DNA from: Antedon mediterranea | Lineage: Eukaryota > Animalia > Echinodermata | Assembly: GCF_964355755.1 (NCBI RefSeq) | Contig: NC_092672.1 | Coordinates: 20,659,237 to 20,723,236, forward strand | DNA: 64,000 nt | Direction: 5' to 3' | Shown: positions 25,715 to 37,700 of the stretch, piece after piece | How the letters are laid out: the number at the start of each line of letters is the position of its first letter | Numbering within the stretch: the stretch's first letter is position 1 | Program-made: the position numbers and the translations under genes | Notes under the pieces: generated by a model | What the model was told of the DNA's origin: nothing | Database searches by the model: none | Seen by the model: the letters and a program-made list of their open reading frames with translations, nothing else

Positions 25715-28700
25715 GGCCATACTGCGTTGAAACACCGGTTCTCGTCAGATCACCGAAGTTAAGCAACGTTGGGCCCGGTTGCGTTCTGGATGGGAGACCG
25801 TCTAGAAATCGTGGCGGGTGCTGTATATACTGGAGAGTGATGGTGTAATGGTAATATCGGACTAGCATGTGATAGGCATGGGTTCGAGGTTATCTGTACC
25901 ATACTAATTGCATCCTTAGGCAAGATGCTTTACTCTCATTGCCTAATCTGGTAGGCGCTGCACTGCTGGCTGCCGTAGGTCCGTGGAGGGCCTAATCCGA
26001 ATTTCCTCACTGAGGACAAAATAATAAAATAATAATAATAATAATATATATATATATATATATATTCAGGTTGAAATTTTCAGACCGTTTGGATAGAGTG
26101 CTCAATACCAAGGTAGAGCATAAATAAATAAAATAACAGCAGAAAACTTGGTTACTTCATTGTTTTAATCACTACAAATTTGTTTCGTACGACCAGCATG
26201 TAGCTGGCCGCACTCTTCAGGTGAAATATCTGAAGAGTGCGGCCAGCTACATGCTGGTCGTACGAAACAAATTTGTAGTGATTAAAACAATGAAGTAACC
26301 AAGTTTTCTGCTGTTATTTTATTTATATATATATATATATATAATAAAAAAATTCATTATCTATATACCCAATTCGCCAAAAATATTTACCATAGAGGAA
26401 GTATTGTTTTGACCATTAATTATTCAATGATAATCTGACGTTAATTATACTTAGCCCCTATGTTGACAGCCAAAACATTGTTTATTGAACATAGGTCAAA
26501 CTAATGTCTATATACATCTCATAGACTCTCTGGGCCTGTTTCTATAGAGCAGAGAATACGGTTTTGAATACCGTTCTTTTCAAGAACCGTTTTTTCTTGC
26601 CAGCAGAAATGGGTCCCCGCAAAAAACCACAAAAAAGAACCGATCTTAAAAACGGTTTCAAAAACCCCAATTGATTGCGGTCTCGATCGCAAAGAACCGT
26701 TCTGAAACCGGTTTCCGCGGAGCAATTTTTAGCTGCAACACAATCGCGGTCTCAATTTGACCCCAAAAACTGAACTCTGCAGTCTGCTGCACTGGGATGA
26801 TTGCGGTCAACTCGCAGTCAAACTCGCGCGATAGGACCTAGGCCTAAGTCATTTTTATTTCTCTAGATAGTGAGTATTTTATTTAACTAAAAAATGTTGA
26901 CCGATGCTATTACGAGGTTCGTAAAAAATATGTGAAGGAAAGAAGATGAGGGGACTTGTCGGGAGTCGAAAGAAAGACTCGCGTATAACTATAATAGGCC
27001 TATATGTTTTTAAGAATATTGTAAAGCGTGTGAAAAATAGACGAGTTCAACTTGACAATATCAGAGGGTGCGACGTACCTATACTTTAACCAAGGACCAC
27101 AATAACGTTTCAGGTAATAATTCCCCCTTCTATGATGAAATGGATGCTATTTCTTGGGGATCGCGCTATGCGAAAAAAAGTAAACATGACCTCGATCAAA
27201 TCGCGCTTCCGCCTAACGAACTGCATTGTGGTGTATATAATGACGTCATTCATAACGAACGCACATGGACGGAACCGGTTGTATTGGAGTAAAAATTGAG
27301 CTGCAACGCGATCTTTATTTATAAACAACAGCCGAAACCGGTTTCCAAAAAACCGTTCTTTTTTTATTTTTCAATAGAAACAGGCCTTCTGTGCGCATGC
27401 CCAGTTTGAGTTAAAAAATTCCCATTTAGACTCTTTTCCCAGACGTGCTTAGAGGTGTGCTCATGTCCAGTTTGTGTTTCTAAATACCCATTTGTTCAGC
27501 CTTAATAAACTATTATAAGCCTTGAATGTAACTGCCTACAAAAAAAAACTTGTTGTGTACTTTTTGAAAATTTACTTTTTCATTAATTTTATTTACTGAA
27601 ATATAAAACATTTCAATAGAATAAGCAATGATTGGAACATGTGATACAGCACTTTATTTGTTTATTGGTATACTCAGTATGCATGGTCTACTAGGAAAGT
27701 TGTATGTAGCCTCAGTGAATATTATTCACATCCTATACACAATATATATTATTCCACTGTTTGTCTTCAATGTTCATCAAAATAATATATTAATATTTAT
27801 TAGCTTGTTATAAAATCATTAGTTATAGGATTTATAGTATAGATAATTTTTAGTTGCATTGAATCTTTTTCAAATGTTGGTATATACACATGTGAATCAA
27901 TAATGTTTATTTCTTTGTTATAATTACTGTATAATGACTTATTTCCAGTGATTTTTTTTATATCTTTGAATTAAAAAGAATAACAATTTTTATGAATTTG
28001 TTTTAATGTAAATTTTATTAATTTTTTGTAAGTCAATTCAATAAGTATAACACAAATAATAAAGATCTTAAAATCTATTAAACTGTATAAATGTTAAGTT
28101 TGCATTTCTTATGTACTGTATTGATTTTCAGATTCAATATTTTTCACATTGATATGATTTGTTAGGTTGTTGGTATTCAGGCATCAGCCAAACCTTTACC
28201 CATTTTAATTCTCTGACAGGCTTGAGCTATCCAGGGAGGTATAAAAATGATCACGGTGTTTCTAAAAACTGTCCATTTGATCTAACAACTTTAAAAATTA
28301 AAACAAATATGGTTAAAAAAGATGTCTACAATTAAATTGTCCATCTTTTTTTTATCAGATTAAACTCAAGATTAACATTGTTAATGTTACCATCAATATT
28401 TAGACTAATATGCTACACTTGCAAGAACTTGTACTAGCTAAACTCCACCACCACACCATAGAGCAATGAACTATTTCTTTGCTCTATCATCACATAAAGG
28501 ATAATTAACATAATGCAGTTACTTAAACATGCCCCTGAAAGTAAAAGTTTGTATGCCAAACCTTCAGTAATTTAATATTTAAAAAAATTTATATAAATAA
28601 AACTAAATGTGATTGATAATTTTAATACCAGCAACAACATTTTGACATTAAAATTGAAATAATACAAAATTGTATAAAAGTATATAACATAATTATCATA

Positions 28701-31700
28701 TTAATAAAAAATTATATACAAAAGTAGAAATCAAATTCAGAAAACTAATTTGACTTGGTTCATTGCGTATGATGATGCAGTAAATAGTTGCAAATTGATT
28801 TTTGTAAAGTAACCCTCTGTATAAATTACATAACAAATGAATATGTGCAACTGTAAGATATAACCAATATTGTATGTATTTCATATTATAGGATGGTTGG
28901 ACAGCTTTGCATTCAGCAGCAGCCTCTGGTTACACAGCTTGTTGCAGCCTGCTGGTGAATGAAGGAGCAGTTGTCAATCTATCAGACAATGTAAGTCATC
29001 TTCATTATTATTCATTTTCATTTTTAAATATATAACATTTTATTTTTTAATTATAATGGTCTTTTGGGTAATAATATTTAATGTATAAAACTTCATTGAT
29101 GCTGAAATTGGCATAATTTGAAGTTATTCAATATATTTTTTTTTTATATTTAGTCATAAAAATTGCTATGACACTACATTAACATTTTGTCATGTATTTC
29201 CATTGAACAATTAAAACAATGAAAATGATAGTGTCAATTTTACTTAACTAAACTACAGCAACATGCTATATGCACAATTGCAATATATCATCCTTATTCC
29301 AATGTTGATATACAGTAATTTAAACAGTATTATGAACACTACAACTTCACAAAATTTCAATTTTTCTTTAGATCATTATGATTTTGTATATCTTAAAAGT
29401 TCATTTTTTAACAATATTTTTTAATAACTTTTGAAACACTATGATTCTACCTATATATCACATAGAGGTACAAATGATCAAAGATGCTAGTTGATAGACA
29501 TATAGACTGTATTCATTTACTTTATAATTATCATCATACTCATTTGCCATACTCTCCTTTATTCCTTTCAACAACATCACCACCAACTCCAACCACCTAC
29601 TGGTTTTAGTCACCAAGGATGATGATGCAGAATTTGGTTGAGCGCCAAAGTGATCTTTTATTACACACCCACATTATAGTTTTTTTTTATTAGGTTGTAA
29701 TTAATGATTTTTTCCATACAATATAAGATACAGATAGTATATCTGCCACTTATCTTTTATCTATCTTTATTTATTCTTTCTTTATACTCAGAATAACTTT
29801 TTTAAAGTGACACATCTAAAAACAACAATAAAACTGAAATAGTGGTACAAATATAATTTGTTTATTTACCGTACCTAGGTTTTAACAAATCACCTTACAT
29901 AATAATTACAGTATCAAACCACCATTACAATGTCATAAAAAATTTGTAAAAATAAACAAATCATCATTAGCATAACTAGGTGCAATATTTTTAGTCTATT
30001 GAAAAAAATGTTTCTTTCTTAAACATTTATTTAAATATACATACACGTCACATAGTAAAAACTGATAAACTGATAAAAATACTTTTATTGCAACTTTTGG
30101 GTTGAATTATACAAAAATATATACTTATACTTAAATGAAAAAATATATCAAATCCATCAACGATATAAATCAAATAACACAAAAACATCGAACAACAGAC
30201 AAACTGAAGTCAAGTCAGGGAACGAAGCGACTGTGCAGGGATATATATGTATGCTTACCACTTGTGAAAGAGACCAAAGTTTACAATAAAATTTTTTGAT
30301 CGTTCCGTTTTTATTTTTGGAATGCAAAATTCTTTAACTTGTCTTAAATTGTATCTAGATTTGGGCGCTTTTGGAAGAAGGTGATGTAGTCTATGGGAAG
30401 GGTTTTTAAGTTTCTGATAGTAATCCTTGCACAGTCTAGTTCGACGTTCACATAGCACAGGCACATTACATTGAGCCATTGCTTTGTTGTAACTGAGCTC
30501 TGGGAACGTGATTCTAAGCGCCCTTCGTTGGATACTTTCCAGTTGGTCAGACTGCAATTTAGTTAAGCACGTTCCCCAAACGGGGACGGCGTATTCTAGT
30601 ACAGGTCTGATAACACAACAATAGAAATAGCATAAGGCTTGGGCGTCTAGACCTGACCGGCGCAATTGTTTAAGGAAATATAACCGTGAGTTTGATTTAG
30701 CTATCAAAGACTCAATATGGGGTTGCCATGATAAATTGTCACATATAATAATTCCAAGGAGCTTAGTACGGCAAACCTGGTTAACACTACATTTATTAAT
30801 AATTAGAGGATTAAATATCGACTTGTTTTTCTTACAACTCACAATTAATTCACATGTTTTTTTAGCATTGAGGGTCATATGGTTAAGCCGAGTCCATGCA
30901 AGGGCCGAGTTAGCTATATTTTGCAAGTTACTATTGGACAGTTTAGACACCCTTTCGAATACAGTAGTATCATCCATAAATTTAACACATGGTTTACCAT
31001 TTAAAAGGTCATTGATAAAAATAATAAACATAATAGGGCCAATCCACGACCCCTGGGGTATGCCTCCGTTTGGCGATAGCCATTCAGAAAGACTATCACC
31101 AATTTTAACACGTTGTTGTCGGTTATACAGGAAGGCATTAACCCATCGGATCAGGTGACTATCAACCCCCAGCGCAATGAGTTTGTTTAAGAGAATTTTG
31201 TGGTCGATCAAATCGTAGGCCTTTTTAAAATCCAATAATAAAACTCTAACCTCTTCGCCCGCATCAGTGGCAAGGAAACAAACATTAAGGAATTCAATTA
31301 AGGCGTCAACCGTAGAAACACCTTTACAACAACCAAATTGGTTTAGGTTAATCTTATCCTTAACTTGGTGCCAGATCATTTCGCCCACTAGGCTCTCAAT
31401 TACCTTTGCCATTATAGGGGTTAAAGCTATTGGGCGGAGATCACTTTCGACCAACTTTGGGGGAAACACTTTTGGGATTGGGACAATATTGGCTCGTTTC
31501 CATTCTTGGGGAACCCATCCGTTTCTAACACTTGAGTTAGCAATAGCACATAAAGGACCACTAAGAATCTCAGCACCCTCTTTAAACACCCAGGGGGGAA
31601 GGTCATCTGGACCAGGGGCTTTATTACATTTAATTTGATGAAGTTTAATCCTGACAGTTTCCAGCTCTATGATAAGGTGACTAGGGATTTCATCAATATC

Positions 31701-34700
31701 TAATAGTGGATCTAGGGGAGGGAGGGGGTTAAATTCCGTGGTCAATGAGGCAAAAAATTGATTAATTTTATTTGAAAGCAAGGTTTTATTGCCGTTACAC
31801 AGCAAATTTGACATTCCTACAAGTGCATGATTTTCTTTGCATCCTAGATTGAGAAACCTTTTGGTGTGTTTCCACCAGGATCGGGAATCCGAATTCAAGA
31901 GCTTAGCTACATTGTTTTTGTAAAAAGATTTACGTAGGGATTTTGACATCCGGTTAACTTTGTTTCTCAGTGAGCGGAACTCAATAAGATTTCCTTCCTT
32001 AAAAGCAATTTGACGTTTACGAATAAGATTCTTGTATTTGGAAGTAACCCAGGGTTTATCCATCACATACTGTGTTAAGGGAACAAGGGGAAAATGATGG
32101 TTATATAAAGATTGTAACTTATCATTCAAAAACTTAAATTGACTATAACAATCATTTAACTTATACATATCATGCCATCTAATACTACAAATGTCCTCAA
32201 AAAACAAAAGTTTATTGTTCAGTTTAAACAACCTCTTAAGGCTCTTGTTAGTGTAGTAGTGATCAAGTTTCACATTTGCGACCGGCTTGCAGATAACTAC
32301 CCTATGGTCCGAAAGGCCAAGAGGAGGCTCGGTGATAGGGGCCAAATAAAACTCTCCCAATGACGTATAAAACAAATCGAGAATCGCTTCCTTTCTTGTG
32401 GGTATTTTAACTAGTTGCTTTAGCGGGAACTTTACCAATTTATAGTCCTTCATGCGGTTAAAATCACCAGTAATCACGATGCCGGTTTCCGGGTGCTTTG
32501 AGCACACATAATCAAGACTGTGAATAATATGGTTGCACATTTCTAAATCATTTGAATTTGGAGGGTGGTAGATCAATCCTATGGTTATATTCGCGATTTT
32601 GCGTGGCAAGCGTTTGGGACGAATGGTTATCCATATACTCTCGAATGCTTCATCCTTAATTTCTGACCAAACTTTATAAGGAATTGAGTCTTTCACATAT
32701 ACGACTACTCCTCCGCCTCTTCTATCGCCTGGTCTATCTGATCTAATAAGAGAGTAGCCTTCAATTTCCACAATCGTATTTAAAATAAATGGTTTGAGGT
32801 GAGTTTCCGTAATTGTAATGATGTCGTAGGCAGATTGTTTAACTCTATGGACAAGTTCGTCCATTTTGTTTGGTAGCGATAGAGCATTAGTACTAAAAAA
32901 CGAAGGAAAATTCCACCCAGTATATTGTTGAGCGAGATGAACAAGGTTGTTAGGGTTACATCCACTGGAACCTTTTCCACACTGCCTATGGTTATGTCTT
33001 GAGGATATCCTAACTGGTATTACTCTCTGTTTGAATCTACCTCCACGACAACCGCGATGGTGGGTGGCTAGAATTCCCAGCTCTTTAAGAGAAACGAATA
33101 CATCCTTGCTTAGTTTAGCGTCGGAATGCTTATAGCCTGCGATACGCTCTCTACTGAAACACATTGTTATGCAAATGAGGATCACTGGAATGCTCCGTCA
33201 GGACAAGCCTCTCCACCACTGCAACGTTTCCGGCGAATCCGAGATGTTATATGTACCAACAATGGGCCTAGCTTTAGTACAGTTCCAACTTGACAATTTT
33301 AAGACAGCACAAACAAAGTTTCACCAAACAAATCACATCACCACAAACAGACAGTTCAATGCAAACAGAATATCCACACCAAACATCAAAATTATATAGT
33401 AAATTATAGTTAACAAAAAATAGTGACATTGTTTAACACTAAATAACTAAGAAACACAAGAAACCTGAACTAGACTTAAATGTTCATACAAACATGTAAC
33501 AAGTTCAGAGTGTATCCAACATTTAACATTATGAAATATTTTAGACCACTGACAATGATGATCACCAGTGCTTTGCAAAGTCTGCAGTTTCTGTAATTAT
33601 TCATTCATATTTATCTCCATCATCCAACATTATCAAACAAAACTGTTTTGAGGATAAGCATAGCTATATGTAAGGTTCAACTTTAATAATTTTTAAAAGT
33701 TTTACACACAACACAAATAAGTAAAGCTTTCCCCGTTTATTCAAAGTATACATTTAACAATACATAATATTTATTTCTACTGATACTGTACAAGCAATGC
33801 TAAATACTACTAAAGCTTAATAATAAACTACATTTGGCCTCTTGGGGGCTACCACTCATATGACATCGCTGTATTAAAGGTCCAGTGTGTTGTCACAGGA
33901 GCCAGTAAATCAAATGGTTGAGTATATCGGAAGGATGTAAGTGACATCCGTTAGGTAAATTGTGAAATTTGGGGGCAAAATAATTCCCCAGAATTATACC
34001 AGCCAAATGAGCGAATAGCATGAGTAACATATGAGTTAGCGCCTGTGTTGAAGTTAGGTGTTGGATGATGCCAGGGGATGGCTGGGTGGGAAGATTGAAA
34101 AGTTTGTACAACTATTAAACGGCTAATTTAACAATGAAGTCTGCTATTATGCATCTTAGTAAACAACTAAAATACCCATTGGTTGCCAATTAGAAATTAG
34201 CCTATCCTACATTTTGTGGCTCCACTATTAGATATACCCGTTGGTATAGATAGAAATACATTGTCAATTACTGTGGTTGGAACTTTAATTACCTGTAGAA
34301 ACAATATACCATTCATCCTAACACTTCTGTAACTCTGAAATCTACCCACATTATATACCACATCCTTAGTTAAAAAGAAAGTACTTGTGCTGTGTATAAA
34401 CTATAATTTATTACTTTAAATTTCCTTTAACATTTTCTAACATTAATGTTAAAATATTACTTTTAAAAGAACTTATATAGACAAATTTCAAATTTCAGTA
34501 CAAGCTATTTAACTATTTAAAAAATAAATATGCCAAGTTATATTTTAATCAATGGATGTAAATGACTTTGCATTATATAAATGTATTACAATTGTTTATA
34601 AACTCTTCATTTTTGTAGCACAACTAATATTGACCTTGGTTTATCCTTGTTTCAGTTGGATGGTCCTACCTTTTCAATAGAATTACATTCATTTTCACAG

Positions 34701-37700
34701 AGTAAATTAAAATTTATCTCCTTTAAAATTAAATTCAATAAACTTTATCCCATAACAATTTTCCTATGAATAAATAGATGGAATTATTCTTAGTTTATTG
34801 ATTTGATTCAAACCAATTTCATACACATTTACACATCCAGAAATATTCTGTTCATTTTACTACTATTATACAATTCATTTATTAGCTTTGTTATGGGTTT
34901 AACAAGCTAAATTCTGTCTGTCATATAATATAATAGTCAAAGGCAAAAAATGTCTTAATAGGCAAACAATTTCTATTAATCATACATCCTAATAATCTAT
35001 CCATAATTGTTTCATAATATCACATAATAATTTTGATTTTTATTGCGCTACAGTACAATAAAGTTCAAATTACACAGTAACATCTCTATTCTTTTGTACA
35101 TAAATGATAGAGAGGCACTTTAAACAAAAATTGGAAAAATAAACGGTGTTGTAAAGAATATTATCAGATGACTATAATATAGATAATATAACGTTACGTT
35201 GGTGTTTTTATGGTCAAATTTTTGTTTTATTGTTTATTGTGGCTAGAACTACACTGTTTCCTTCGCTAGGCTGATCCTAATGCTAATCCTAATGCTCCTA
35301 ATGTTCACATGATTATCATGGAACGATATGTCCCCCACCTTCAAATGAATAACCTTATTTTTTCTCATAAAACCAAATAAAGAAAGCACTAGATCAAGCA
35401 TTTAGTAAAAATTGTATACCTGCATTTTCTTACGCACAACGCCTTTGCACCTACGCTTAGCACCTTCCAATATCATGTGCAATTACACTTGAGTTATTGT
35501 CTTCTTCTTCTAGACTGCAATCATGTTCCCATTTAATACTGAAATATGGAGATTCAATCCTGGAATAGCACCAATCACCATCACAACCAAATACAACTTA
35601 GCATTTGTTCAACATTATCGACTCCATAACTCAATTAACTATTTAGTAGGTAGCCTAACCAATACGGTTCCTGCCACAATCATCCAGTTTATGGGCGCTT
35701 GGTCTGTGGCTGTAGCCATTCAGTTTTTCTTAGTCATTTGACTTAACAACATTCCCACTTGGCAATTGGCAAGCGTCTATACGCAAACACAACACTGAGC
35801 TACTAAACCGAGGAGTTACAAAAATAGATGACTTCATGCTTCCCTGGTCCAACAATTCTTCTGGATTTGGAAATCTCATTAGACCGACTATAAATCTGTA
35901 AAAACCCCCATCGCTTCCAAACACTATCAGCCAAAAAAACTGGCCACTCCGGAATGACCAAGGTACCATGTGCCCTTCATCGCCTTCCTGATGAGACTGA
36001 TAGGCAGAACACCTTTCCAATCATTGGCGAAAGCATCTACAGCAGAAAGTTTGGACATCAAAATTTTGTTTGAGAATTTTCCTATCTTAAAATTAGGGTC
36101 ATCCGTGAAGCTATCAAAAGTGTGTGGACCCCAAATGGCATCCAAATTATAGAAAAAATCCCAATCATAAAAATCTATCTCCCTGCTGAGCAGATCAGCC
36201 TCCCAATTGAGCTCTCTATGCACCCATTGGACGTCTCTGAATAAATTGTTTCGCAAAGCTCTAAAGCCAACTGATTCAAGTCTTTATGCATGCTACCTTT
36301 CCTACAAATTGAAACAACACCTCTGTTATCTGTAAATATTTTAATTTTTTTCTCTTTTAAGTTAGAAGAAAATGCTTGCAATGCCAATAACACACCATTC
36401 AGTTCTCTCCACGTACAGCTTCTGACTGACTCATGCTGATTCCAGCCGAGACAAACTGCAAACGGTCATAGACTTCGCTCCATGCTGATTCCTAGTCATA
36501 GTTGAGCACCTTATACGCTCCACAATTCACTCCACTAGCGTCAGTAAATGTAATTGCCTGTGGAGAATAATCAAAAAAATATTTTTGCTTCCAGAAAAAT
36601 ATCTCCTCAATAACTAGACCCCCACTCGCTGCAGTAATAAAATGCCACAACTTGAGAAAGGGAAATTATCTTCCCCACTAGCCTCGCTAAATCTCTGGAC
36701 CTGTAGTGAGGGAGACCCTGATTGACCTCTAATAAACCCAAACCAGCCATAGCCAGGTTACAACCGGACTTAGATCCTACATTGATTTTTTGACGTTTTA
36801 ACAATGTTAGAGACTTTAGTACATGCGGCATGGGAACCTCTCTTACCAACCATCGTCCAAAAATACTAGGATCCAATACATCACTAATGGGCCAAGAACC
36901 TTTGTAAAATCCTTGAATACGATAAATGGTTGAATCAAGACTATTCCACTTATATTTGGGGTAAAACATTATAGTTTTGTTTAAAATAATTGCAAAACTC
37001 TGCAATCCTCCAAAAAACATAGAAAACCTCTATTTTAACAAACATAAAAGTGATTGAATCAGTAGTGTACAACTCACTTGGTTTGTCAATTAAAAAAAAC
37101 CAATTTAAATATATTTTTTGTTTAACTACTTATTTTGCCACAAAGCATCATTGTTTGGTTTTAAAAAATAATTGCTAAACCTTCACTCTCGGATTAGAGG
37201 GGGCGTAATTACCAGCCCAAACAATGTTACAGTACTGTATAATTAAAACATTTTATTTTAATTTCTTTAGAATACTAATAATTATTTAGATATTTTATTT
37301 TATAAAAATTGTTGGCGGCCAATAATCCAATTAAAAGACCAAGGAATGATACTTCACTTATTAATTTTCCATCAAAAAAAATATAACAATTGTTGTGTGT
37401 AAGTCTAATTCAATTTGTTGTAGCCGTATTAATTAATAATTGGTTTGTAGTGAACCATTCACTAACTTACTTAACTCTCAATTTAAAAAGTTTAACAAGA
37501 CATCAATATTGTTATTATAATAAAATAAAGTTGTATCATCTGCAAAAAATAGTAAAATATTACTACATAAAAGTTGTCTGGAAGATTTATTATTATTGAT
37601 TTGAAATAATGATTTCGATCTGTAAGATCTTTTAAACCAATCTAAAAAAATGCCTCGAAATACCATAGCAAAACAACTTGGAAATTGAAATATCATGGTT

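Noticed and set aside
25545-25868. IY-repeat ORFs
   Set aside because: Translation of (TA)n plus the SINE head.
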